NCBI GenBank assembly: GCA_964016885.1 | Contig: OZ024744.1 | Coordinates: 134,416,001-134,480,000, forward strand | Length of the DNA stretch: 64,000 bases | Source: Eledone cirrhosa | Taxonomy: Eukaryota | Reading direction: 5' to 3' | In this document: piece after piece, positions 1 through 11,400 of the stretch | Layout: the number at the start of each line of letters is the position of its first letter | How positions within the stretch are numbered: position 1 is the stretch's first letter | Notes under the pieces: model-generated | Database searches by the model: none | Seen by the model: the letters and a program-made list of their open reading frames with translations, nothing else | Told to the model about the DNA's origin: nothing | Program-made: the position numbers and the translations under genes

Positions 1-929
1 TTAATTTAAGTTGGGGTTGAGTTAAGTTGGGGTTAAGTTAAGTTGGGGTTATATTAAGTTGGGGTTAAGTTAAGTTGGGGTTCAGTTAAGTTGGGTATAA
101 GTTAAGTTGGGGTTAAGTTAAGTTGGGGTTAAGTTAAGTTGGGGTTAAGTTAAGTTGGTGTTAAGTTAAGTTGGGGCTAAGTTAAGTTGGGGCTGAGTTA
201 AGTTGGGGCTGAGTTAAGTTGGGGTTAAGTTAAGTTGGGGTCAAGTTAAGTTGGGGTTAAGTTGGGGTTAAGTTAAGTTAGGTTTAAGTTAAGATGGGGT
301 TAAGTTAAGTTGGGGTTAAGTTAAGTTGGGGTTAAGTTAATTTGTGGTTAAGTTAAGTTGGGGTTAAGTTAAGTTGGGGTTAAGTTAAGTTGGGGTTAAG
401 TTAAGTCGGGGTTAAGTTAAGTTGGGGTTAAGTTAAGTTGGGGTTAATTTAAGTTGGGGTTAAGTTAAGTTGGGGTCAAGTTAAGTTGGGGTTAAGTTGG
501 GGTTAAGTTAAGTTAGGTTTAAGTTAAGTTGGGGTTAAGTTAAGTTGGGGTTAAGTTAAGTTGGGGTTAAGTTAAGTTGGGGTTAAGTTAAGTTGGGGTT
601 AAGTTAATTTGTGGTTAAGTTAAGTTGGGGTTAAGTTAAGTTGGGGTTAAGTTAAGTTGGGGTTAAGTTAAGTCGGGGTTAAGTTAAGTTGGGGTTGAGT
701 TAAGTTGGGGTTAATTTAAGTTGGGGTTAAGTTAAGTTGGGGTTAAGTTAAGTTGGGGTTAAATTAAGTTGGGGTTAAGTTAAGTTGGGGTTAAGTCAAG
801 TTGGGGTTAAGTTAAGTTGGGGATAAGTTAAGTTGGGGATAATTTAAGTTGGGGTTAAGTTAAGTTGGGTTTAAGTTAAGTTGGGGTTAAGTTAAGTTGG
901 GGTTAAGTTAAGTTGGGGTTAAGTTAAGT

Positions 930-3900
930 TGGGGTTAAGTTAAGTTGGGGTTAAGTTAAGTCGGGGTTAAGTTAAGTTGGGGTTAAGTTAAGTTGGGGTT
1001 AATTTAAGTTGGGGTTAAGTTAAGTTGGGGTCAAGTTAAGTTGGGGTTAAGTTGGGGTTAAGTTAAGTTAGGTTTAAGTTAAGTTGGGGTTAAGTTAAGT
1101 TGGGGTTAAGTTAAGTTTGGGTTAAGTTAAGTTGGGGTTAAGTTAAGTTGGGGTTAAGTTAATTTGTGGTTAAGTTAAGTTGGGGTTAAGTTAAGTTGGG
1201 GTTAAGTTAAGTTGGGGTTAAGTTAAATCGGGGTTAAGTTAAGTTGGGGTTAAGTTAAGTTGGGGTTAATTTAAGTTGGGGTTAAGTTAAGTTGGGGTTA
1301 AGTTAAGTTGGGGTTAAATTAAGTTGGGGTTAAGTTAAGTTGGGGTTAAGTCAAGTTGGGGTTAAGTTAAGTTGGGGATAAGTTAAGTTGGGGATAATTT
1401 AAGTTGGGGTTAAGTTAAGTTGGGTTTAAGTTATGTTGGGGTTAAGTTAAGTTGGGGTTAAGTTAAGTTGGGGTTAAGTTAAGTTGGGGTTAAGTTAAGT
1501 TGGGGTTAAGTTAAGTTGTGGCTAAGTTAAGTTGGGGCTGAGTTAAGTTGGGGTTAAGTTAAGTTGGGCTTAATTTAAGTTGGGGTTAAGTTAAGTTAGG
1601 GTTCAGTTAAGTTGGGGTTAAGTTAAGTTGGGGTTAAGTTAAGTTGGGGTTAAGTTAAGTCGGGGTTAAGTTAAGTTGGGGTTAAGTTAAGTTGGGGTTA
1701 AGTTAAGTCGGGGTTAAGTTAAGTTGGGGTTAAGTTAAGTTGGGGTTAATTTAAGTTGGGGTTAAGTTAAGTTGGGGTTAAGTTAAGTTGGGGTTAAGTT
1801 AAGATGGGGTTAATTTAAGTTGGGGTTAAGTTAAGTTGAGGTTAAGTTAAGTTGGGGTTAAATTAAGTTGGGGTTAAGTTAAGTTGGGGTTAAGTCAAGT
1901 TGGGGTTAAGTTAAGTTGGGGATAAGTTAAGTTGGGGATAATTTAAGTTGGGTTTAAGTTAAGTTGGGGTTAAGTTGAGTTGGGGTTAAGTTAAGTTGGG
2001 GTTAAGTTAAGTTGGGGTTAATTTAAGTTGGGGCTAAGTTAAGTTGGGACTGAGTTAAGTTGGGGTTAAGTTAAGTTGGGGTTAAGTTAAGTTGGAGTTT
2101 ATTTAAGTTGGGGTTAAGTTAAGTTGGGGTTCAGTTAAGTTGGGGTTAAGTTAAGTTGGGGTTAAGATGGGGTTAAATTAAGTTGGGGTTAAGTTAAGTT
2201 GGGGTTAAGTTAAGTTGGGGTTAAGTTAAGTCGGGGTTAAGTTAAGTCGGGGTTAAGTTAAGTTAGGGTTCAGTTAAGTTGGGGTTAAGTTAAGTTGGGG
2301 TTGAGTTAAGTTGGGGTTGAGTTAAATTGGGGTTGAGTTAAGTTGGGGTTGAGTTAAGTTGGTGTTGAGTTAAGTTGGGGTTAAGTTAAGTTGGGGTTAA
2401 GTTAATTTGTGGTTAAGTTAAGTTGGGGTTAAGTTAAGTTGGGGTTAAGTTAAGTTGGGGTTAAGTTAAGTCGGGGTTAAGTTAAGTTGGGGTTGAGTTA
2501 AGTTGGGGTTAATTTAAGTTGGGGTTAAGTTAAGTTGGGGTTAAGTTAAGTTGGGGTTAAGTTAAGTTGGGGTTAAGTTAAGTTGGGGTTAAGTTAAGTT
2601 GAGGTTAAGTTAAGTTGGGGTTAAATTAAGTTGGGGTTAAGTTAAGTTGGGGTTAAGTTAAGTTGGGGTTAAGTTAAGTTGGGGATAAGTTAAGTTGGGG
2701 ATAATTTAAGTTGGGGTTAAGTTAAGTTGGGTTTAAGTTAAGTTGGGGTTAAGTTAAGTTGGGGATAAGTTAAGTTGGGGTTAAGTTAAGTTGGGTTTAA
2801 GTTAAGTTGGGGTTAAGTTAAGTTGGGGCTAGGTTAAGTTGGGGCTGAGTTAAGTTGGGGTTAAGTTAAGTTGGGGTTAAGTTAAGTTGGGGTTAATTTA
2901 AGTTGGGGTTTATTTAAGTTGGGGTTACGTTAAGTTGGTGTTAAGTTAAGTTGGGGTTAATTTAAGTTGGGGTTAATTAAGTTGGGGTTAAGTTAAGTTG
3001 GGGTTAAGTTAAGTTGGGGTTAAGTTAAGTTGGGGTTCAGTTAAGTTGGGTATAAGTTAAGTTGGGTATAAGTTAAGTTGGGGTTAAGTTAAGTAGGGGT
3101 TAAGTTAAGTTGGTGTTAAGTTAAGTTGGGGCTAAGTTAAGTTGGGGCTGAGTTAAGTTGGGGCTGAGTTAAGTTGGGGTTAAGTTAAGTTGGGGTCAGG
3201 TTAAGTTGGGGTTAAGTTGGGGTTAAGTTAAGTTAGGTTTAAGTTAAGATGGGGTTAAGTTAAGTTGGGGTTAAGTTAAGTTGGGGTTAAGTTAATTTGT
3301 GGTTAAGTTAAGTTGGGGTTAAGTTAAGTTGGGGTTAAGTTAAGTTGGGGTTAAGTTAAGTCGGGGTTAAGTTAAGTTGGGGTTAAGTTAAGTTGGGGTT
3401 AATTTAAGTTGGGGTTAAGTTAAGTTGGGGTCAAGTTAAGTTGGGGTTAAGTTGGGGTTAAGTTAAGTTAGGTTTAAGTTAAGTTGGGGTTAAGTTAAGT
3501 TGGGGTTAAGTTAAGTTGGGGTTAAGTTAAGTTGGGGTTAAGTTAAGTTGGGGTTAAGTTAATTTGTGGTTAAGTTAAGTTGGGGTTAAGTTAAGTTGGG
3601 GTTAAGTTAAGTTGGGGTTAAGTTAAGTCGGGGTTAAGTTAAGTTGGGGTTAAGTTAAGTTGGGGTTAATTTAAGTTGGGGTTAAGTTAAGTTGGGGTTA
3701 AGTTAAGTTGGGGTTAAATTAAGTTGGGGTTAAGTTAAGTTGGGGTTAAGTCAAGTTGGGGTTAAGTTAAGTTGGGGATAAGTTAAGTTGGGGATAATTT
3801 AAGTTGGGGTTAAGTTAAGTTGGGTTTAAGTTAAGTTGGGGTTAAGTTAAGTTGGGGTTAAGTTAAGTTGGGGTTAAGTTAAGTTGGGGTTAAGTTAAGT

Positions 3901-5090
3901 TGGGGTTAAGTTAAGTTGGGGCTAAGTTAAGTTGGGGCTGAGTTAAGTTGGGGTTAAGTTAAGTTGGGCTTAATTTAAGTCGGGGTTAAGTTAAGTTAGG
4001 GTTCAGTTAAGTTGGGGTTAAGTTAAGTTGGGGTTAAGTTAAGTTGGGGTTAAGTTAAGTCGGGGTTAAGTTAAGTTGGGGTTAAGTTAAGTTGGGGTTA
4101 AGTTAAGTCGGGGTTAAGTTAAGTTGGGGTTAAGTTAAGTTGGGGTTAATTTAAGTTGGGGTTAAGTTAAGTTGGGGTTAAGTTAAGTTGGGGTTAAGTT
4201 AAGATGGGGTTAATTTAAGTTGGGGTTAAGTTAAGTTGAGGTTAAGTTAAGTTGGGGTTAAATTAAGTTGGGGTTAAGTTAAGTTGGGGTTAAGTCAAGT
4301 TGGGGTTAAGTTAAGTTGGGGATAAGTTAAGTTGGGGATAATTTAAGTTGGGTTTAAGTTAAGTTGGGGTTAAGTTGAGTTGGGGTTAAGTTAAGTTGGG
4401 GTTAAGTTAAGTTGGGGTTAATTTAAGTTGGGGCTAAGTTAAGTTGGGACTGAGTTAAGTTGGGGTTAAGTTAAGTTGGGGTTAAGTTAAGTTGGGGTTA
4501 AGTTAAGTTGGAGTTTATTTAAGTTGGGGTTAAGTTAAGTTGGGGTTCAGTTAAGTTGGGGTTAAGTTAAGTTGGGGTTAAGATGGGGTTAAATTAAGTT
4601 GGGGTTAAGTTAAGTTGGGGTTAAGTTAAGTTGGGGTTAAGTTAAGTCGGGGTTAAGTTAAGTCGGGGTTAAGTTAAGTTAGGGTTCAGTTAAGTTGGGG
4701 TTAAGTTAAGTTGGGGTTGAGTTAAGTTGGGGTTGAGTTAAATTGGGGTTGAGTTAAGTTGGGGTTGAGTTAAGTTGGTGTTGAGTTAAGTTGGGGTTAA
4801 GTTAAGTTGGGGTTAAGTTAATTTGTGGTTAAGTTAAGTTGGGGTTAAGTTAAGTTGGGGTTAAGTTAAGTTGGGGTTAAGTTAAGTCGGGGTTAAGTTA
4901 AGTTGGGGTTGAGTTAAGTTGGGGTTAATTTAAGTTGGGGTTAAGTTAAGTTGGGGTTAAGTTAAGTTGGGGTTAAGTTAAGTTGGGGTTAAGTTAAGTT
5001 GGGCTTAAGTTAAGTTGAGGTTAAGTTAAGTTGGGGTTAAATTAAGTTGGGGTTAAGTTAAGTTGGGGTTAAGTTAAGTTGGGGTTAAGT
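930..5090 (+). repeat. ~2.4-kb higher-order duplication
   Basis: GGGACTGAG at 2049/4449. Lines 1081-2080 and 3481-4480 are nearly identical, and the offset becomes 2416 afterwards. Boundaries approximate. Confidence 0.8.
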
Positions 5091-6499
5091 TAAGTTGGGG
5101 TTAAGTTAAGTCGGGGTTAAGTTAAGTTGGGGTTAAGTTAAGTTGGGGTTAAGTTAAGTTGGGGTTAAGTTAAGTTGGGGTCAAGTTAAGTTGGGGTTAA
5201 GTTGGGGTTAAGTTAAGTTAGGTTTAAGTTAAGTTGGGGTTAAGTTAAGTTGGGGTTAAGTTAAGTTGGGGTTAAGTTAAGTTGGGGTTAAGTTAATTTG
5301 TGGTTAAGTTAAGTTGGGGTTAAGTTAAGTTGGGGTTAAGTTAAGTTGGGGTTAAGTTAAGTCGGAGTTAATTTAAGTTGGGGTTAAGTTAAGTTGGGGT
5401 TAATTTAAGTTGGGGTTAAGTTAAGTTGGGGTTAAGTTAAGTTGGGGTTAAATTAAGTTGGGGTTAAGTTAAGTTGGGGTTAAGTCAAGTTGGGGTTAAG
5501 TTAAGTTGGGGATAAGTTAAGTTGGGGATAATTTAGGTTGGGGTTAAGTTAAGTTGGGTTTAAGTTAAGTTGGGGTTAAGTTAAGTTGGGGTTAAGTTAA
5601 GTTGGGGTTAAGTTAAGTTGGGGTTAAGTTAAGTTGGGGTTAAGTTAAGTTGGGGCTGAGTTAAGTTGGGGTTAAGTTAAGTTGGGCTTAATTTAAGTCG
5701 GGGTTAAGTTAAGTTAGGGTTCAGTTAAGTTGGGGTTAAGTTAAGTTGGGGTTGAGTTAAGTTGGGGTTGAGTTAAATTGGGGTTGAGTTAAGTTGGGGT
5801 TGAGTTAAGTTGGTGTTGAGTTAAGTTGGGGTTAAGTTGGGGTTAAGTTAAGTTGCAGTTAAGTTAAGTTGAGGTTAAGTTAAGGTGCGGTTAAGTTAAG
5901 TTGGGGTTAAGTTAAGTTGGGGCTAAGTTAAGTTGGGGCTAAGTTAAGTTGGGGCTAAGTTAAGTTGGGGTTAAGTTAAGTTGGGGTTAAGTTAAGTTGG
6001 GGTTAATTTAAGTTGGGGTTAAGTTAAGTTGGGGTTAAGTTAAGTTGGGGTTAAGTTAAGTTGGGGTTAAGTTAAGTCGGGGTTAAGTTAAGTCGGGGTT
6101 AAGTTAAGTTAGGGTTCAGTTAAGTTGGGGTTAAGTTAAGTTGGAGTTGAGTTAAGTTGGGGTTGAGTTAAATTGGGGTTGAGTTAAGTTGGGGTTGAGT
6201 TAAGTTGGTGTTGAGTTAAGTTGGGGTTAAGTTAAGTTGGGGTTAAGTTAATTTGTGGTTAAGTTAAGTTGGGGTTAAGTTAAGTTGGGGTTAAGTTAAG
6301 TTGGGGTTAAGTTAAGTCGGGGTTAAGTTAAGTTGGGGTTGAGTTAAGTTGGGGTTAATTTAAGTTGGGGTTAAGTTAAGTTGGGGTTAAGTTAAGTTGG
6401 GGTTAAGTTAAGTTGGGGTTAAGTTAAGTTTGGGTTAAGTTAAGTTGAGGTTAAGTTAAGTTGGGGTTAAATTAAGTTGGGGTTAAGTTAAGTTGGGGT

Positions 6500-8450
6500 T
6501 AAGTTAAGTTGGGGTTAAGTTAAGTTGGGGATAAGTTAAGTTGGGGATAATTTAAGTTGGGGTTAAGTTAAGTTGGGTTTAAGTTAAGTTGGGGTTAAGT
6601 TAAGTTGGGGATAAGTTAAGTTGGGGTTAAGTTAAGTTGGGGTTAAGTTAAGTTGGGGTTAAGTTGGGGCTAAGTTAAGTTGGGGCTGAGTTAAGTTGGG
6701 GTTAAGTTAAGTTGGGGTTAAGTTAAGTTGGGGTTAATTTAAGTTGGGGTTTATTTAAGTTGGGGTTACGTTAAGTTGGTGTTAAGTTAAGTTGGGGTTA
6801 ATTTAAGTTGGGGTTAATTAAGTTGGGGTTAAGTTAAGTTGGGGTTAAGTTAAGTTGGGGTTAATTTAAGTTGGGGTTGAGTTAAGTTGGGGTTAAGTTA
6901 AGTTGGGGTTATATTAAGTTGGGGTTAAGTTAAGTTGGGGTTCAGTTAAGTTGGGTATAAGTTAAGTTGGGGTTAAGTTAAGTTGGGGTTAAGTTAAGTT
7001 GGGGTTAAGTTAAGTTGGTGTTAAGTTAAGTTGGGGCTAAGTTAAGTTGGGGCTGAGTTAAGTTGGGGCTGAGTTAAGTTGGGGTTAAGTTAAGTTGGGG
7101 TCAAGTTAAGTTGGGGTTAAGTTGGGGTTAAGTTAAGTTAGGTTTAAGTTAAGATGGGGTTAAGTTAAGTTGGGGTTAAGTTAAGTTGGGGTTAAGTTAA
7201 TTTGTGGTTAAGTTAAGTTGGGGTTAAGTTAAGTTGGGGTTAAGTTAAGTTGGGGTTAAGTTAAGTCGGGGTTAAGTTAAGTTGGGGTTAAGTTAAGTTG
7301 GGGTTAATTTAAGTTGGGGTTAAGTTAAGTTGGGGTCAAGTTAAGTTGGGGTTAAGTTGGGGTTAAGTTAAGTTGGGGTTAAGTTAAGTTGGGGTTAAGT
7401 TAAGTTGGGGTTAAGTTAAGTTGGGGTTAAGTTAAGTTGGGGTTAAGTTAATTTGTGGTTAAGTTAAGTTGGGGTTAAGTTAAGTTGGGGTTAAGTTAAG
7501 TTGGGGTTAAGTTAAGTTGGGGATAATTTAAGTTGGGGTTAAGTTAAGTTGGGTTTAAGTTAAGTTGGGGTTAAGTTAAGTCTGTGTTAAGTTAAGTTGG
7601 TGTTAAGTTAAGTTGGGGTTAAGTTAAGTTGGGGTTAAGTTAAGTTGGGGTTAAGTTAAGTTGGGGATAAGTTAAGTTGGGGATAATTTAAGTTGGGGTT
7701 AAGTTAAGTTGGGTTTAAGTTAAGTTGGGGTTAAGTTAAGTTGGGGATAAGTTAAGTTGGGGTTAAGTTAAGTTGGGGTTAAGTTAAGTTGGGGTTAAGT
7801 TGGGGCTAAGTTAAGTTGGGGCTGAGTTAAGTTGGGGTTAAGTTAAGTTGGGGTTAAGTTAAGTTGGGGTTAATTTAAGTTGGGGTTTATTTAAGTTGGG
7901 GTTACGTTAAGTTGGTGTTAAGTTAAGTTGGGGTTAATTTAAGTTGGGGTTAATTAAGTTGGGGTTAAGTTAAGTTGGGGTTAAGTTAAGTTGGGGTTAA
8001 TTTAAGTTGGGGTTGAGTTAAGTTGGGGTTAAGTTAAGTTGGGGTTATATTAAGTTGGGGTTAAGTTAAGTTGGGGTTCAGTTAAGTTGGGTATAAGTTA
8101 AGTTGGGGTTGAGTTAAGTTGGGGTTAAGTTAAGTTGGGGTTAAGTTAAGTTGGTGTTAAGTTAAGTTGGGGCTAAGTTAAGTTGGGGCTGAGTTAAGTT
8201 GGGGCTGAGTTAAGTTGGGGTTAAGTTAAGTTGGGGTCAAGTTAAGTTGGGGTTAAGTTGGGGTTAAGTTAAGTTAGGTTTAAGTTAAGATGGGGTTAAG
8301 TTAAGTTGGGGTTAAGTTAAGTTGGGGTTAAGTTAATTTGTGGTTAAGTTAAGTTGGGGTTAAGTTAAGTTGGGGTTAAGTTAAGTTGGGGTTAAGTTAA
8401 GTCGGGGTTAAGTTAAGTTGGGGTTAAGTTAAGTTGGGGTTAATTTAAGT
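6500..8450 (+). repeat. 1136-bp higher-order duplication (second copy partial)
   Basis: GGGGATAAG at 6531/7667 and TTATATTAAG at 6911/8047. Boundaries approximate. Confidence 0.75.
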
Positions 8451-11400
8451 TGGGGTTAAGTTGGGGTCAAGTTAAGTTGGGGTTAAGTTGGGGTTAAGTT
8501 AAGTTAGGTTTAAGTTAAGTTGGGGTTAAGTTAAGTTGGGGTTAAGTTAAGTTGGGGTTAAGTTAAGTTGGGGTTAAGTTAAGTTGGGGTTAAGTTAATT
8601 TGTGGTTAAGTTAAGTTGGGGTTAAGTTAAGTTGGGGTTAAGTTAAGTTGGGGTTAAGTTAAGTCGGGGTTAAGTTAAGTTGGGGTTAAGTTAAGTTGGG
8701 GTTAATTTAAGTTGGGGTTAAGTTAAGTTGGGGTTAAGTTAAGTTGGGGTTAAATTAAGTTGGGGTTAAGTTAAGTTGGGGTTAAGTCAAGTTGGGGTTA
8801 AGTTAAGTTGGGGATAAGTTAAGTTGGGGATAATTTAAGTTGGGGTTAAGTTAAGTTGGGTTTAAGTTAAGTTGGGGTTAAGTTAAGTTGGGGTTAAGTT
8901 AAGTTGGGGTTAAGTTAAGTTGGGGTTAAGTTAAGTTGGGGTTAAGTTAAGTTGGGGCTAAGTTAAGTTGGGGCTGAGTTAAGTTGGGGTTAAGTTAAGT
9001 TGGGCTTAATTTAAGTCGGGGTTAAGTTAAGTTAGGGTTCAGTTAAGTTGGGGTTAAGTTAAGTTGGGGTTAAGTTAAGTTGGGGTTAAGTTAAGTCGGG
9101 GTTAAGTTAAGTTGGGGTTAAGTTAAGTTGGGGTTAAGTTAAGTCGGGGTTAAGTTAAGTTGGGGTTAAGTTAAGTTGGGGTTAATTTAAGTTGGGGTTA
9201 AGTTAAGTTGGGGTTAAGTTAAGTTGGGGTTAAGTTAAGATGGGGTTAATTTAAGTTGGGGTTAAGTTAAGTTGAGGTTAAGTTAAGTTGGGGTTAAATT
9301 AAGTTGGGGTTAAGTTAAGTTGGGGTTAAGTCAAGTTGGGGTTAAGTTAAGTTGGGGATAAGTTAAGTTGGGGATAATTTAAGTTGGGTTTAAGTTAAGT
9401 TGGGGTTAAGTTGAGTTGGGGTTAAGTTAAGTTGGGGTTAAGTTAAGTTGGGGTTAATTTAAGTTGGGGCTAAGTTAAGTTGGGACTGAGTTAAGTTGGG
9501 GTTAAGTTAAGTTGGGGTTAAGTTAAGTTGGGGTTAAGTTAAGTTGGAGTTTATTTAAGTTGGGGTTAAGTTAAGTTGGGGTTCAGTTAAGTTGGGGTTA
9601 AGTTAAGTTGGGGTTAAGATGGGGTTAAATTAAGTTGGGGTTAAGTTAAGTTGGGGTTAAGTTAAGTTGGGGTTAAGTTAAGTTGGGGTTAAGTTAAGTC
9701 GGGGTTAAGTTAAGTCGGGGTTAAGTTAAGTTAGGGTTCAGTTAAGTTGGGGTTAAGTTAAGTTGGGGTTGAGTTAAGTTGGGGTTGAGTTAAATTGGGG
9801 TTGAGTTAAGTTGGGGTTGAGTTAAGTTGGTGTTGAGTTAAGTTGGGGTTAAGTTAAGTTGGGGTTAAGTTAATTTGTGGTTAAGTTAAGTTGGGGTTAA
9901 GTTAAGTTGGGGTTAAGTTAAGTTGGGGTTAAGTTAAAATGGGGTTAAGTTAAGTTGAGGTTAAGTTAAGTTGGGGTTAAATTAAGTTGGGGTTAATTTA
10001 AGTTGGGGTTAAGTTAAGTTGGGGTTAAGTTAAGTTGGGGATAAGTTAAGTTGGGGATAATTTAAGTTGGGGTTAAGTTAAGTTGGGTTTAAGTTAAGTT
10101 GGGGTTAAGTTAAGTTGGGGATAAGTTAAGTTGGGGATAAGTTAAGTTGGGGTTAAGTTAAGTTGGGGTTAAGTTAAGTTGGGGCTAAGTTAAGTTGGGG
10201 CTGAGTTAAGTTGGGGTTAAGTTAAGTTGGGGTTAAGTTAAGTTGGGGTTAATTTAAGTTGGGGTTTATTTAAGTTGGGGTTACTTTAAGTTGGTGTTAA
10301 GTTAAGTTGGGGTTAATTTAAGTTGGGGTTAATTAAGTTGGGGTTAAGTTAAGTTGGGGTTAAGTTAAGTTGGGGTTAAGTTAAGTTGGGGTTCAGTTAA
10401 GTTGGGTATAAGTTAAGTTGGGTATAAGTTAAGTTGGGGTTAAGTTAAGTTGGGGTTAAGTTAAGTTGGTGTTAAGTTAAGTTGGGGCTAAGTTAAGTTG
10501 GGGCTGAGTTAAGTTGGGGCTGAGTTAAGTTGGGGTTAAGTTAAGTTGGGGTCAAGTTAAGTTGGGGTTAAGTTGGGGTTAAGTTAAGTTAGGTTTAAGT
10601 TAAGATGGGGTTAAGTTAAGTTGGGATTAAGTTAAGTTGGGGTTAAGTTAAGTTGGGGTTAAGTTAAGTTGGGGTTGAGTTAATTTGTGGTTAAGTTAAG
10701 TTGGGGTTAAGTTAAGTCGGGGTTAAGTTAAGTTGGGGTTAAGTTAAGTTGGGGTTAAGTTAAGTTGGGGTCAAGTTAAGTTGGGGTTAAGTTGGGGTTA
10801 AGTTAAGTTAGGTTTAAGTTAAGTTGGGGTTAAGTTAAGTTGGGGTTAAGTTAAGTTGGGGTTAAGTTAAGTTGGGGTTAAGTTAATTTGTGGTTAAGTT
10901 AAGTTGGGGTTAAGTTAAGTTGGGGTTAAGTTAAGTTGGGGTTAAGTTAAGTTGGGGTTAATTTAAGTTGGGGTTAAGTTAAGTTGGGGTTAAGTTAAGT
11001 TGGGGTTAAATTAAGTTGGGGTTAAGTTAAGTTGGGGTTAAGTCAAGTTGGGGTTAAGTTAAGTTGGGGATAAGTTAAGTTGGGGATAATTTAAGTTGGG
11101 GTTAAGTTAAGTTGGGTTTAAGTTAAGTTGGGGTTAAGTTAAGTTGGGGTTAAGTTAAGTTGGGGTTAAGTTAAGTTGGGGTTAAGTTAAGTTGAGGCTA
11201 AGTTAAGTTGGGGCTGAGTTAAGTTGGGGTTAAGTTAAGTTGGGCTTAATTTAAGTCGGGGTTAAGTTAAGTTAGGGTTCAGTTAAGTTGGGGTTAAGTT
11301 AAGTTGGGGTTGAGTTAAGTTGGGGTTGAGTTAAATTGGGGTTGAGTTAAGTTGGGGTTGAGTTAAGTTGGTGTTGAGTTAAGTTGGGGTTAAGTTAAGT

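Noticed and set aside
291-300. ATG in AAGATGGGG variants as start codons, and TATA-like variants as promoters
   Set aside because: These are point variants of the monomer. The ATG is followed by TAA within a few codons and there is nothing downstream to express.
1596-1601. Canonical telomere motifs TTAGGG (here), TTAGG (in TTAGGTTT) and TCAGG (about 3196)
   Set aside because: These are isolated single-base variants of the monomer, spread by duplication and never in tandem runs.
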